Shown here in pieces: positions 1 through 10,927 of a stretch of DNA of 64,000 nt. The position numbers and the translations under genes are program-made. Source of the stretch: a virus (lineage: Duplodnaviria; Caudoviricetes). The stretch spans positions 64,001-128,000 of IMG/VR virus record IMGVR_UViG_3300035101_000015, one strand, 5' to 3'. A model generated the notes under the pieces. It did no database searches. It was not told the DNA's origin and saw only the letters and a list, made by a program, of their open reading frames with translations. The stretch's first letter is position 1; each line of letters begins with the position of its first letter.

Positions 1-25
1 GATTCGTGTTGGTCGGTGTCGTGCC

Positions 26-1762
26 TCACATCCACGTGTTCTTGGAGGGGGAACCCCTCTTCACGCTGGCAACTGACTGGATACTCGGTTCTACCACCTC
101 GGAAGCCGTATCAGCAAACGGCAGCTCATCGAGGTACGCCGTCCTCAAGTAGCTGAACGACAGAGGTGTGAAGACTTCGTCTGCAGAGGAGGCAGCGAGC
201 TTTGCAATCCCTTCGTCGGTTGGTGCCGCCTTGGGGAGCATGTCTTGAGCGCTTGCCACCATCTCCATCAGAGCTGTCCGATACCCGTTGTACGCAACCC
301 CAATCTTACGTAGGTCTTCGGAACTATGGGAAGTGGGTGGTTCATCACTTCCCTTCTCGGTGATGATGATGCGCTTCTCTACGAAAGGACCGAGTCCTGA
401 ACGACCCTGGAGAAGCGGCATGAGGAGGCGCGCCAAAGAGGGCATGAAACTCGAGGAATCGAGCGCACACGCCTGACTTTCCTCCACTTTCGGGAACACC
501 TTGTTGGCCGCTGCCAGCTCATTCGCCAGGTCCTTCTTGCCCAGACGGATGAGGGTGATGCGCTGGAACTCCTTGGGCTTCAACACGATACCCATGCTGG
601 CCGTTGTACCAAGCGCCTTCTCCTCAGGCACCGAGGCCAGGGCGTTGATGGCGCTCTCCGGGAGGTCCTTCTCGGTCTTCGTCAGCAGAGGTACAGCCTT
701 CCCTGCGAACTGTGAGGGGATGACGTCCTTCTTGATTTCACCCTGCTTGTCCTCTGCCGACTTGATGCCGAACGCCTTCTTCAGCATGTCGTCAGGCACA
801 CTCGCAACCTTGGCTGCGGTGTCCATATCCATCTCGCCGGCGCAGTAGACCGAGGCAACTTTCTCCCCTGCCTCAGCACTGGGGATGTAGCGCGTGTCCC
901 CTTGCCTCACGATGAATACCATCACCTTGGCGGTGCGGTCAGCGCCGATGAAGACGAAGCTGATGTCGAAGAAGCGTGGGTAGGGATTGTAGACGAAGAC
1001 CTTCCTGCCGTCGGGCAGGATGCGGTTCATGTGGTTCTTCGTCCACTCATCGTAGTCGTTGCGGGTGATGCTGAGACCACGAATGCCAACACCATCCTTG
1101 GCCCTGAGCTCCTTGTGAAACTTGACTATGGCCAGACCCGGATAGGCGAACTTCTTCGGGTCGAAGGTCTTCATCGCCTCCTGATAGAGCTTCCAGTCGG
1201 TGGTGATTGAACTCAGGTCGTAGCAGACCTTCGAGCCCATGGAGACGTCTGGGTACTGCCCGAGCTTGAGCTTGTCCCACACGGGCACGCCACCGAACTT
1301 CACGCACTTGTCGTGGTCGACTCGGCAGACGAGCTCGACGCGCTTCATCCCCTCATTCCACACCGCAAGTTCAACCTGACCGTAGGCTCGGCTTGGGTCC
1401 TTGTTACGATGGTGTGCGTAGGGGTACGCATTGTAGAAGGTCGGGTAGCCGTAGGTCCACTTCTGACCAAGCGGGCGGTCGACTAGCGGATTGCCGGACC
1501 ATCCCGGAGGTGTGTGGATGAGCCCCGCCTCCTCGAAGTGGTCTCCGTTGATGTTGCTGCCGTAGTACTCACCCGCACCCATGGCGTTGACGAGAACGTA
1601 TTGGCAACCAGGCTTCGGCTTGAGGTTGGCGATGTACTGCAGCACCTCAGGAAGCAGGTTGACCGATGCCGTCTTCTCGAAATACGAGTCGGCAGGGCCG
1701 AAGAGTGGCACGGCAGACAAGCCGTGCTCACTCTCTGAGAGGAAGGTGCTGAGCTTGTACAT
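26..1762 (-). CDS. Putative prohead (capsid maturation) protease
   Basis: 578 aa; GSNINGDHF, YAHHRN, DVSMG and FFDISFVFIGAD motifs resemble HK97/assemblin-type protease motifs; located in the head-gene block. Confidence 0.55.
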   Translation of the reverse strand: MYKLSTFLSESEHGLSAVPLFGPADSYFEKTASVNLLPEVLQYIANLKPKPGCQYVLVNAMGAGEYYGSNINGDHFEEAGLIHTPPGWSGNPLVDRPLGQKWTYGYPTFYNAYPYAHHRNKDPSRAYGQVELAVWNEGMKRVELVCRVDHDKCVKFGGVPVWDKLKLGQYPDVSMGSKVCYDLSSITTDWKLYQEAMKTFDPKKFAYPGLAIVKFHKELRAKDGVGIRGLSITRNDYDEWTKNHMNRILPDGRKVFVYNPYPRFFDISFVFIGADRTAKVMVFIVRQGDTRYIPSAEAGEKVASVYCAGEMDMDTAAKVASVPDDMLKKAFGIKSAEDKQGEIKKDVIPSQFAGKAVPLLTKTEKDLPESAINALASVPEEKALGTTASMGIVLKPKEFQRITLIRLGKKDLANELAAANKVFPKVEESQACALDSSSFMPSLARLLMPLLQGRSGLGPFVEKRIIITEKGSDEPPTSHSSEDLRKIGVAYNGYRTALMEMVASAQDMLPKAAPTDEGIAKLAASSADEVFTPLSFSYLRTAYLDELPFADTASEVVEPSIQSVASVKRGSPSKNTWM

Positions 1763-1764
1763 GC

Positions 1765-2295
1765 TCAGAGGTTCCGGCGGTACCTCACAGGGCCGAACTC
1801 ACCCTCGATGCCGAAACCACTAGGCTGGGCCTGCGGTGGCTTCATGGTGCTCATGAGGATGGTGCCGGCAGTCTCCGGGCTCTCCATCATGCGGCGCATG
1901 AGTGAACCAGATACGACAGGGTCTTTGCCGTAGGCCGGGTTGATGCTACGCATGGAGTCGTAGGCGGTGTTGAAGAACTTCGGGTTGCTCTTCTGCTGTG
2001 CTCCCAGGTCTGGGTTCGCTTCCAGCATGGCAGTGAACTGCCGTCGCTTGCTCGCGGCACCCATGAGCTTCTGGGCTCCGACACCCACACCAGCCACACC
2101 AGCAGCGCCGAGAGCGCCGGCCGCACCCATCGCCACGTTCTCCCCAATCTTCCCGCCGGAGCCCTTGAGGCCACCCCAAATGCTCTTCATGAAGCTGGGG
2201 TCCGCTGCCTTCCTCCCACCCCGTGCAGCAGCACCAAGCAGCTTCCCGAAGAACGCTTCCTTGGTCTGCAGTGCATCATCAAGAGGGCTGGTCAT
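1765..2295 (-). CDS. Gly/Ala-rich putative virion protein
   Basis: 176 aa; glycine-zipper-like hydrophobic segment; coupled to neighbouring genes. Confidence 0.6.
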   Translation of the reverse strand: MTSPLDDALQTKEAFFGKLLGAAARGGRKAADPSFMKSIWGGLKGSGGKIGENVAMGAAGALGAAGVAGVGVGAQKLMGAASKRRQFTAMLEANPDLGAQQKSNPKFFNTAYDSMRSINPAYGKDPVVSGSLMRRMMESPETAGTILMSTMKPPQAQPSGFGIEGEFGPVRYRRNL

Positions 2296-3800
2296 CAGTA
2301 CGCTCCCATTTGAAGTTGCTGCCTGCGAATCATCCCTTGGTGCGTGTACGGGACCTGTGACATCGCGTAGTTCTTGATTTGCTGGTAGGTGGGGCTGTAG
2401 CGCATACGGTCGCTGAGTTCCTTCGCTCCCAGCGCACCGGCGCCAACCGCCACGGCAGTCGGTGCCAGCCTGCCTGCTGTCGCCATACGCTGCGCCCCCT
2501 TGGACCCAGCGCCGAACAGAACCTCGCCAGTCTCCTGGCCTGCCTTGCCGGTGTACTTACCGGCTGTCTGCAGCGCCTGCCGAACTTTTGGGACAAGTCC
2601 GCCCGTCGCCTTGAGCTTCTGAAACAACGCCAGCTTCTGCAGGAACCCGTCGAGCTCGTCACGATGAGTGATGAGTTCCTCCTGTGCCGCATGAACCTCC
2701 GCCAGCTTGTCGAGCGTGGTGCAGTAGGCCGCCATGGAACCCACCAACGGGTGCTTGGGGTTGACGAATCCCTGATGTGCAGTCTTCTCGAGAGACCCAC
2801 CAACAGCATCCACCGATGGGAACACACCATCCTCGACGAGTCGTGGGCCGATGTGAGCGAAGGCGGTCTTCACGTAGTCCGCATCGGTGATGACCTGCTG
2901 CCACGCGGCGAGAATCTGCCCGAGCTCGACGCCATCCATCGCAGCCTGCTTGACCTGCTGGTAGACGTCATCCAGGCACTCCCGGAACTGGTTCTCCAGG
3001 GAGAACAGGTCGCTGGTGAGATGCTCGGCCGCGCCCGCCAGCTTGTCCCGAAGCTCGGTGGCATCACCGGTTGGGTTGGCATGGGGGTACGGTTCATCCT
3101 TGGCGTCGAATGCCTCCCGGAGCATGGTCTCCTCCGGGTCGAAGTCCAAGGCGGAGCCGTGCTTCACCACCACTGGCTGCTTACCAGTCATGGCTGAGAG
3201 CATCTTGACCTGCATCGCCTTCTGCTTCTGACCGAATGGGTCGAAGCCAGCCGAGCCGTAGCCTGGCAGCGAGTAGGACTTCATGACGTCGCCCTGCATG
3301 TCCTGAGCGATGTCCATCATCGTCGGACCACCGACGCGCACCTGTGCGGCCTTCTCGAGCTCGGCGTGTGCACTCAGGGCGTCATGAACCACTGCCAGGT
3401 TCCGGTCCAGCACCTCGGAGGTCTTGGCCTGCGGCGGAGGCAGTGAGTAATCGGCGAGCCCACGGTCGAAGACCGTGCCGCCACCACCGTCATTGAGGTC
3501 CCGAAGTACATCCGCCGGGTCGGCGGGTCCTCCATGGAACTCGATGTACTTGTGACTCGAGCCCTCCTTGTTGAACTCGGTCAGGTAGGCATTGGTGTTC
3601 GCAAACTCGATGACTCGACGCACCTGCTCGGGGCTGAGCCCGGCGTGCTTGACCGTTTCGACGACTGCGTCACTGAGCGTCTCGGACTGGCCATCGACGT
3701 AGCGCTTGGACGCGCATTTGCCGAGAACCTCGAGCTCCTCGCCCGTCTTCGGAACGGCGTGCTGCTGCTGAAGCAGCGTAACGGAAGGGAGGTCGTGCAT
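2295..3800 (-). CDS. Hypothetical virion/head protein
   Basis: 501-aa ORF with many K-x-A motifs and a basic Gly-rich C-terminus. Confidence 0.65.
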   Translation of the reverse strand: MHDLPSVTLLQQQHAVPKTGEELEVLGKCASKRYVDGQSETLSDAVVETVKHAGLSPEQVRRVIEFANTNAYLTEFNKEGSSHKYIEFHGGPADPADVLRDLNDGGGGTVFDRGLADYSLPPPQAKTSEVLDRNLAVVHDALSAHAELEKAAQVRVGGPTMMDIAQDMQGDVMKSYSLPGYGSAGFDPFGQKQKAMQVKMLSAMTGKQPVVVKHGSALDFDPEETMLREAFDAKDEPYPHANPTGDATELRDKLAGAAEHLTSDLFSLENQFRECLDDVYQQVKQAAMDGVELGQILAAWQQVITDADYVKTAFAHIGPRLVEDGVFPSVDAVGGSLEKTAHQGFVNPKHPLVGSMAAYCTTLDKLAEVHAAQEELITHRDELDGFLQKLALFQKLKATGGLVPKVRQALQTAGKYTGKAGQETGEVLFGAGSKGAQRMATAGRLAPTAVAVGAGALGAKELSDRMRYSPTYQQIKNYAMSQVPYTHQGMIRRQQLQMGAY

Positions 3801-3850
3801 CGGAAACCCTTTCAGTTGTCCTCTACAGAAGTACCATGTACCTATTGAGC

Positions 3851-4555
3851 ATGGGAAGCGAGGACCTGGTCAGCCGCAAGGAGGCCGCAGCCATCTTGGG
3901 CACCACCGTCAAGATGGTAACCTACTGGACAGACAAGGAAATCCTCAAGGCCCACCCAGTCGACGGGGACCCACTCGGTAGGCTCATGTACGACCGAGAG
4001 GAAGTGGCGGCCCTAGCCGAAGCGCATGAGCGTGGAGAGAAGCTCTCCGACGTTGCCATGACCGCCAAGGTAGCCTATGCCTCCGCGCGTGTAGCACAGA
4101 GGAAGGCGGACATGCTAATGCGTGCGTTTGGGTACGGTCCGTCGCTGAGCACGGACCCAGAGTCCGTGCGCGCTCTGCACCTCGAGGCGGAGGAGGATTG
4201 CAAGCGGGTCATCAACGGTGAGGAGCGAGTCAGCTACTGGGCTGACAAGTTCTTCGGCATCTGCGACATCTACATGGAGCATGTAGCTGAAGTGATGAAG
4301 ACCGAGGAGCCATGGGAGCCCTACCTCACCCTGATGAGGCGACTCGCCAAGAATGCCGATTACGATGAGGCCGCCCACAACCCACTGCTGCGGCACGCCT
4401 ACCACCAGTTGACAGCATCCAGAGCTGCATTCCGGCAATCCTTCTTCACCTACCTCAGTGCCAAATTCGGAGTTAGAAAAGCGAGGAAGGCATTCCCTCA
4501 GGAGTTCGGCGGTGAGATGTACCGCATCATGCGCTACGCGGTGACGAACCGCTAG
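3851..4555 (+). CDS. HTH (MerR/excisionase-like) DNA-binding protein
   Basis: N-terminal LVSRKEAAAILGTTVKMVTYW...LMYDREEV winged-HTH pattern; start is 3851 or 3836. Confidence 0.65.
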   Translation: MGSEDLVSRKEAAAILGTTVKMVTYWTDKEILKAHPVDGDPLGRLMYDREEVAALAEAHERGEKLSDVAMTAKVAYASARVAQRKADMLMRAFGYGPSLSTDPESVRALHLEAEEDCKRVINGEERVSYWADKFFGICDIYMEHVAEVMKTEEPWEPYLTLMRRLAKNADYDEAAHNPLLRHAYHQLTASRAAFRQSFFTYLSAKFGVRKARKAFPQEFGGEMYRIMRYAVTNR

Positions 4556-6363
4556 CCCTGGTCGATTGGCCCCGGCCAGTTCTGCTTGCGGAAGCCGTGG
4601 GCGTCCTCGGTGTCCGGCGCGATGATGTCCGGGCGCGGGTGGTCGAACATCGATGCGAGCCAGCAGTACAAGAACGCGTGGAAGGAGTCGTCCGGCTTGT
4701 CGACGCCGTGCTTGTACTGAATCATCTTCAGGTTCTCGTTGTACTCACTGAAGATGTTGAGCATGTCCTGACCGAAGGGGTCACGGAAGTCCTGCCACCG
4801 TGGGAACTCACACTTGCCACGCTTGATGGCGTTGAAGATGTCGCTCATTACCTCAGTGCGGCTCACTAGGTAGCGCTGCAGCTTCCCATCCCACACCACC
4901 TTGCCTCGAGCAGAGCGAGCCAAGTACTGGAACTTGCGCACGCGCTGAGCGCCGAACGTCTTCACCAACTTGTAGTTGCTGCTAAATCCTCCGCCGTAGT
5001 CGGAGCCAATCCACTTCACGTTGAAGAACCGGATGAGCTCGATGATGCGCTCGATTTGCACGTCGGGGTCCACCTCCTCACCCACGAACCGGTGGGCGAA
5101 GATGACCCGGAACTTCATGTCGATGTACATCCCGAGGAAGATGACGGTGTAGCTGTGCTCTCCTGTGCCCCAGTCGATACCGGCATACACGCCCTGCGCA
5201 TAGCTGAGCTTGCGGTAGTTCTCCATGTCCGCCATCTTCAGCTCGCCCTTGCAGGCGTCTCTCAGTTGGCGGGTGGTGAGTGGACGAAGACCGGAGTCGT
5301 AGGAGAGCCCGAGGCACTCGTTGTAGAACTTCTCTCGGGGGTAGTGCTCGTAGTTGTGGAGGATGTCGTTCTGCCAGTCGACCCACGGCACCATGAGCTG
5401 AGGGATGCGGTAGCTCTCCCAAGGAGCCTCCTTCACCATCCTCATCCACGTCGCGTCTGGGTGCATCGGGTTGATGAGCCGCTTGCACTTCTCACAGATG
5501 AGCCCACGCTTGCCGATGTTCTTCTCACCAAGGACGTTCCAGAACCTACCTGCTTCTCCTCCATGAGCATCACAAGGGACCACCCACTCGTTCTGGGTGC
5601 TCATGTTCGCGCGGTAGTACTCGAGGTGATTGTCCAGACTCTTCGGTGTCCCCGAGTACACCTGGCGCTTCAACGTCTTGGGAGCGTGGCTGAGACACTG
5701 CTCGATGACCGGGACGTTGTCCTGCAGCACATCCTGGAACTCATCGATGGCCAGCATGTAGGCTGGGATGCCGCGCGTGCGGTCAGCATTCAGGTAGGCG
5801 TAGCGCAGCGTAATCTTCGAGCGGTTGATGAACTGCTTCTCGAAGATGTTCTGCGACAGCATCGTCGTGGTGAACCGACGCAGCACGGGGCTGGTCTCGA
5901 TGGGTTCCTTCACACGGTCGTTGCTGAAGGTCTTCGTCTGCGTAGCTGATGGACTGACATACAGAGCCTTGTACGTCGGGATGAGGCTCATGTAGCAGAT
6001 GATGATGTTGCCCAGCAGAGTGCTCTTCTCGACCTGGCGTCCACAGAACAACAGCAGCCGCTTCGCCGGCGTGTTGTAGCAACGCACCATGTGCCGGCGA
6101 CCCTCGAAGCTGAACTTGTCTATCTTGACGCGCTCGTCTTCGTTGCCATCTTCATCGATGAACTTCTCCGCTCGTGGCATCCAGAACGCGTAGGAGGTGA
6201 AGTCCGCTGGAGTCAGAGCGGGTATCTTCTCCTGCTTCTTCCTAGCGTTCTGCAGGACTATGGGGTCTTCGACGAGCTCCGGCTCAGGTATCCAAATGCG
6301 GTCGTCGTACCAAGTATCGTCCCACTCGTCCTCGGGTTCGACGTAGACTGGTTCAGCCGCCAT
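4552..6363 (-). CDS. terL: Terminase large subunit (gpA-like)
   Basis: Walker A GRQVEKST, Walker B IDEFQD, SGTP motif III, nuclease GIDWG and PDDSFHA; GGAGG RBS before the ATG at 6363. Confidence 0.9.
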   Translation of the reverse strand: MAAEPVYVEPEDEWDDTWYDDRIWIPEPELVEDPIVLQNARKKQEKIPALTPADFTSYAFWMPRAEKFIDEDGNEDERVKIDKFSFEGRRHMVRCYNTPAKRLLLFCGRQVEKSTLLGNIIICYMSLIPTYKALYVSPSATQTKTFSNDRVKEPIETSPVLRRFTTTMLSQNIFEKQFINRSKITLRYAYLNADRTRGIPAYMLAIDEFQDVLQDNVPVIEQCLSHAPKTLKRQVYSGTPKSLDNHLEYYRANMSTQNEWVVPCDAHGGEAGRFWNVLGEKNIGKRGLICEKCKRLINPMHPDATWMRMVKEAPWESYRIPQLMVPWVDWQNDILHNYEHYPREKFYNECLGLSYDSGLRPLTTRQLRDACKGELKMADMENYRKLSYAQGVYAGIDWGTGEHSYTVIFLGMYIDMKFRVIFAHRFVGEEVDPDVQIERIIELIRFFNVKWIGSDYGGGFSSNYKLVKTFGAQRVRKFQYLARSARGKVVWDGKLQRYLVSRTEVMSDIFNAIKRGKCEFPRWQDFRDPFGQDMLNIFSEYNENLKMIQYKHGVDKPDDSFHAFLYCWLASMFDHPRPDIIAPDTEDAHGFRKQNWPGPIDQG

Positions 6364-6617
6364 GTACCCTCCGAGGTTCACAGACGACCTGGGTCAAGCA
6401 GTTCAATGGCTCGGTGAATCTCTGTTCGCTGCCGTACCAAACCTCAGCGGGCAAGTCGCTTTTGCGGAGGACCCTGATGGTGACTGGATAGCGCTGCAAC
6501 TTGTAGAACCCGTCGCAAAAGAGCTCCGTGAACACTTCAGTGCTTACACTAAGGGGTATCTGAGAGAGTGTGGATGGCACGTCGACCGCTTCCGATTTCG
6601 TGCAGGTCGATTCGAGT

Positions 6618-7091
6618 TCAGGTGTCGCCCAGAGACAACCTACCGTTCAGCGCCGCGTAGAACTGCCCGGCGAGGGTCGCTGGGTCCACCACGTTCCCAA
6701 ACCCCCGAGCCCGAAAGTACCAGCTCACCAGGTCAGGGGTGTACTTTGCCACCAGCCTGCGCTTGTCAGCTTGGAAGAACTCCATGGCGACCGGGCTCAG
6801 CACCTGAGGGAAGTGCTCCAGCCAGTAGGCTTCCCATCTCTTCTGCTGATTGGCATCAGCTTTTCTCAGGTCCCCCGCCGCCTTCGGCAGGAAGAAGTGA
6901 ATGACGAGGTCGCCATCTATGACGGTGAACTCGGCGATGAAGTGTGGGAGCTCCGTGCGCACGAACCTTGGCACGGCCCTCACCACATCCGCTTCCGTTC
7001 CTTCCATGAGCCTGCTCTCCGAACCGAGCATCCCAACCACCTTGTCCTCAGGCACTCCCTGCAACGCCACCGTTCGTTCATCGTTCGACAT
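6618..7091 (-). CDS. Hypothetical protein
   Basis: ORF with AGGAG RBS before the ATG at 7091; overlaps the end of the upstream gene. Confidence 0.6.
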   Translation of the reverse strand: MSNDERTVALQGVPEDKVVGMLGSESRLMEGTEADVVRAVPRFVRTELPHFIAEFTVIDGDLVIHFFLPKAAGDLRKADANQQKRWEAYWLEHFPQVLSPVAMEFFQADKRRLVAKYTPDLVSWYFRARGFGNVVDPATLAGQFYAALNGRLSLGDT

Positions 7092-8013
7092 CTGCTGACT
7101 CCTCTGGGCTGGCAATCGGCATCACGTCTACGGTGTGCTCTCCTGAAGTGAGCTCACCGATGTATGGCACGTCCTCCTTGTCCGTCTTCAAGGCAATGGC
7201 CTGCAGCTCAGCCTGCAGGTCCGAGTCTGGACTGCCGATGTCATTCATCATCTCCCCAAGCATCTTGCTGGCGAGTACGTAGTCCCTGGTCTCCGAAGCA
7301 CCGCTGTGTCCGCCCACCTGAGACGAAGTGAATGCCTGCAGCATGGTGGACGCTCTGGTAGCCGTTAGCAGACGTGACAGGTCTAGCTGGTTCGGCATGT
7401 ACCCCATCCGCATCTGGTTGAGGATGGTGCCCATGGTCCTCGTAGGCTGGTCCGCCATCATGCGCCGTGGGTCACGATAGGCTGACTTCTTCATCGCAGC
7501 GCGCATCTGGTCTTCGTACTCATCCGAGTCTGGATGAACGAAGTCCACGCGCAGTCGGAGGATGGCTCGCAGCTCAGTGCTGTCGAGAGTGCTCGTGTTG
7601 AAGAAAAAGAACTTGTAGCGTCCTACAGCCTCCACATCACAACCGTGCCCTAGTGCCTTCATCCGATGAGAGATGAGAGCGAGAGGGTCATCCGTGATGA
7701 GCATCGCCTCCATGTCCTCCTTGGCCCTGGGGTCCTCGAGAATCTCCAGGGCCTGCCGCACCGGCTTGTTGGGGTGGAAGAGGTAGTGGATGCAGTGCTT
7801 CGCCAAGAAGCGGCTGGACGCGGAGTGCAATAGGTCGTGGGGCCGGAAGTTCTTTGGCAGCTTTAGGCCACGCCGCAGGCGGTCCAGGTAGGAGGGGCTG
7901 AGAAAATCGAGCTGCTTGAGCCGCAGCAGGTCTATGACGTCATCATTGCTGTAGTTGTCCGGGTGTACCAGTAGGTACTTGATGTACACCTCGCACGGGC
8001 TGCGGCGAATCAT
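7078..8013 (-). CDS. Hypothetical protein
   Basis: 311-aa ORF with GGAGGGG RBS; lies upstream of terL. Confidence 0.7.
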   Translation of the reverse strand: MIRRSPCEVYIKYLLVHPDNYSNDDVIDLLRLKQLDFLSPSYLDRLRRGLKLPKNFRPHDLLHSASSRFLAKHCIHYLFHPNKPVRQALEILEDPRAKEDMEAMLITDDPLALISHRMKALGHGCDVEAVGRYKFFFFNTSTLDSTELRAILRLRVDFVHPDSDEYEDQMRAAMKKSAYRDPRRMMADQPTRTMGTILNQMRMGYMPNQLDLSRLLTATRASTMLQAFTSSQVGGHSGASETRDYVLASKMLGEMMNDIGSPDSDLQAELQAIALKTDKEDVPYIGELTSGEHTVDVMPIASPEESADVER

Positions 8014-8060
8014 CCCCTCCGAAGATGTACCAGACGGAGAGAATGCTCAAGTAGTTCGTG

Positions 8061-10244
8061 CTACTGACCCTGGAATGCCAGAACCTTGAGCCCCTCGAGG
8101 ACCTCTTCAACCGTGCGCACTGCGCGCTCGAGCGCCGTGGTCGGCAGGTCCATGCCAACGCGGGCAGCCAGCAACAAATCGCAGAGTTTCTGCTGTGCTT
8201 CCTCAATGGAGGGCATGTAGCTCACGAAGCTCATGATGTTCTCGGGGTTGATGAACCCGAGGCTCAGGACCGTGTCGACAGCGGTGGGGTCGGGAATGAC
8301 CGCCGCCTCCTTCGTGAGGTCGCGACGTAGGCGCCCAGCGATGACCACGAGCTCCTGAGCCCGAGCGCGGGCCAACTTGTCCTGCTCCTCAGCCAGCCGG
8401 ATGGGTCGACCCGTCACCACTTTCACAGGCTCGTTCAGGGAGTGAGCCAGCTTCTGGACCCCGTGGGCCTGCTCCACCCCGAGTGCCGCCAGGAGGAACA
8501 TCGCCTGGTCCAGGTCCACCATCTGGGTCTCCGCGCTGGCGAGCTTGGACACGGCCGGGCCGGCGAAGCTGAAGCAGTCCTCGGCGCCTCGCACCCAGAC
8601 GTGGCTCTCCTTCTGCTCCTCGCCCTCCTCAGGCTCGTTGCTCTCCATACCCTCGGGGACACCCTCCGGGGCGGACTCGTGCCAGTCCTCGGGGGCCTCG
8701 CCCTGAGGCTCCTCGGAGCCAACCAGGGCCACGGCATCCGCAGCGCCCAGCGGAGTCCACTGCCAGTGCTGGGGAATCAGCACCTTGCCCTCGGGTGACT
8801 GAAGCACCGTCTGGATGTTGGGCTGGATGCTCACCTCCACGGGCCGGCCGTCGAAGGTGTTGCCCATCAGGGTAGGAGGCTCACCCGGCGAGGCATAGGA
8901 ACCACCCTGCAGCTCGAGCGGAATGGTGGCCTGCAGCTCACCCTCATCGGTGTAGCTGAAGAAGGCACCAGAACCACCAGGCTCCCCTGTAGGAAGGTTG
9001 CCGCCGTCGCCGGCAGGCACGCCCATGATGTCCGGCTGCATCGCCGAGTGAGAGCCATTCGTGAACATCGCCAGAGGGAGGGGAGTGCCATCGACATCGA
9101 GCAGGTTCGGGATGACGAAGCCGATGAGCTCCTTCCCACTCTGTTCGTCGGTCACCTTGTATAGGCCCGCCTCGTTGATGACCTCAGGCTGCTCCTGGTC
9201 GAGAGCACCCTCATCAGGCTGGGCAGTGGCGCCCTCGGTCATGGTGACCTGGCCAGACTCATCCGCTGCCAGCGCCACCTTCTCACCGAAGTGCTGCACC
9301 ACATCCCGGCGGCTCACAGGTACGGTGGTCGGCCTCCAATACAGGACGCTGGCCGTCTTCATGAGGTAGCCGTCAGGCTGCTTGATGAGCTGGACCACCG
9401 TCGGCTTGATGTTGGAGGCCAGTGCAGAGGCGCGCTTCTCCTGACTCACCGGCTCGTACTTGGCAAGGATTCCCAGCGGTCCAACCGTAGCGCTGTTGTT
9501 GTGCTGGTAGGCTGCCTGCAGGCTCTCATCCGAGCCCAGCTTCTCGAAGAACGAGTCCACGTCGGATTCGTTGAAGGTAGTGATGAGAGCAGCAGTGAGA
9601 GAGGCAGTCCTGTGGAAGGCGACCTTGGCAGAGGCAGTCTTCTCCTTCGTGGTGGGCGGCTTTCGGAAGCCGGCATCCTTCTCTTCTAGCTCCTTGATGA
9701 GGTACTCCTCGAGCACCGAGCTCTGCTTGCCCATGCCAGCATTCATCGCCACGCCACCACCACCGAAGCCGTAGTTCTGACGGTACGGTGGGTAGAGCTG
9801 CGAAATCATGGACTGGTCACCAGGCGTCTGTGAGGTGACGTCGAACGCCTGAGGACGGAACAGCGCCTGACGCAGGCGCGCCTCGGTCAGCGGGAGCACC
9901 TTGCCCGTGTCGTTCACGAGCAGGTCGAACGGAGCCAGCTTGCGCTCGCGGATGATGACGGGGATGCGGACGGCACGAATGCCGGCTGCCTCCATCATGT
10001 CCGGGCTGGTCCCCATCTGAGCTTCGCTCTTGCTCGAGATTTCGACCTGCCCCATCCCGTAGCCGCGCTCGCTGTCCACACGCTCCATCGTCACGTGAGG
10101 CTCGAAGTCGGCGATGTACGGGACCTGCTTGTACAGCTCCTGCAGGATTTCCTGCGGCCACTGGTTCGGGTCCTCGGGAAGGTCGACTTCACCGGCGGTC
10201 TTCTCGAGCGCGACTTCAGGCTGGATGAACAGAGGCTGCGTCAT
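8061..10244 (-). CDS. Large hypothetical virion protein
   Basis: ~727 aa; GAGG RBS before the ATG at 10244; many K-x-A motifs. Confidence 0.7.
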   Translation of the reverse strand: MTQPLFIQPEVALEKTAGEVDLPEDPNQWPQEILQELYKQVPYIADFEPHVTMERVDSERGYGMGQVEISSKSEAQMGTSPDMMEAAGIRAVRIPVIIRERKLAPFDLLVNDTGKVLPLTEARLRQALFRPQAFDVTSQTPGDQSMISQLYPPYRQNYGFGGGGVAMNAGMGKQSSVLEEYLIKELEEKDAGFRKPPTTKEKTASAKVAFHRTASLTAALITTFNESDVDSFFEKLGSDESLQAAYQHNNSATVGPLGILAKYEPVSQEKRASALASNIKPTVVQLIKQPDGYLMKTASVLYWRPTTVPVSRRDVVQHFGEKVALAADESGQVTMTEGATAQPDEGALDQEQPEVINEAGLYKVTDEQSGKELIGFVIPNLLDVDGTPLPLAMFTNGSHSAMQPDIMGVPAGDGGNLPTGEPGGSGAFFSYTDEGELQATIPLELQGGSYASPGEPPTLMGNTFDGRPVEVSIQPNIQTVLQSPEGKVLIPQHWQWTPLGAADAVALVGSEEPQGEAPEDWHESAPEGVPEGMESNEPEEGEEQKESHVWVRGAEDCFSFAGPAVSKLASAETQMVDLDQAMFLLAALGVEQAHGVQKLAHSLNEPVKVVTGRPIRLAEEQDKLARARAQELVVIAGRLRRDLTKEAAVIPDPTAVDTVLSLGFINPENIMSFVSYMPSIEEAQQKLCDLLLAARVGMDLPTTALERAVRTVEEVLEGLKVLAFQGQ

Positions 10245-10252
10245 GTCTTTCC

Positions 10253-10924
10253 TCACGGCGGTACGCTGATTATGGCATCGAAGCTGGCTTTAGCAGAAGG
10301 TGTGGGCCCGAAGATGAGGACCCCGAAGACGTCGGGCTGGCTGAAGGGTAGTGGAGGCACCCCAGTATCCACTGGTGACTGTAGCTGTGGAGCCTGGGCC
10401 GCCAGCCATGCGGAGACTGCTCCCACCGTAGTTCCAGAGAAGGAAATGATGTAGAACGGCCCCACGCCGAGCGCAGCGGTGAGTGAGGCAGCAGCTTGAA
10501 TCGCCGGAATCTTGATGGCCAGCGCAGCCTTGATGAGCAACTGCAGCCCACCAAGTTGTACTTGTAGCGTCGCAGCCAATGCCGCCGTGGCAGCGAGCTC
10601 GGCACCGAGACTGAGCTGAATGGGTGGAAGCCCGAGTGACAGAGCACCAGCCAGTGCAACCTGCAGTTGAGCCAGTGCAGCAATGGATGCCTTGAGTGCA
10701 CCGATGATGCCGATGTCGCCGATGGAGATACTCAGTGACAGGCTAGCTTGTGCTGCCAGCGCAGCGTTGAACTGTGCTGCCAGCGCAACCTGGAATGGAC
10801 CGAGGCCGAGAGCGAGCAGCGCGTCTATCTGAGCACCCAGTGGGTTCAACAGAGCGACGGCTGCAGCCGCACCGACGTTGAAGTCGATGAGATTGATAGC
10901 GCGGTAGGCGTCGGGTAGAGCCAT
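10253..10924 (-). CDS. Ala/Leu-rich hypothetical structural protein
   Basis: 223-aa ORF in an operon with the baseplate gene. Confidence 0.55.
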   Translation of the reverse strand: MALPDAYRAINLIDFNVGAAAAVALLNPLGAQIDALLALGLGPFQVALAAQFNAALAAQASLSLSISIGDIGIIGALKASIAALAQLQVALAGALSLGLPPIQLSLGAELAATAALAATLQVQLGGLQLLIKAALAIKIPAIQAAASLTAALGVGPFYIISFSGTTVGAVSAWLAAQAPQLQSPVDTGVPPLPFSQPDVFGVLIFGPTPSAKASFDAIISVPP

Positions 10925-10927
10925 GAA

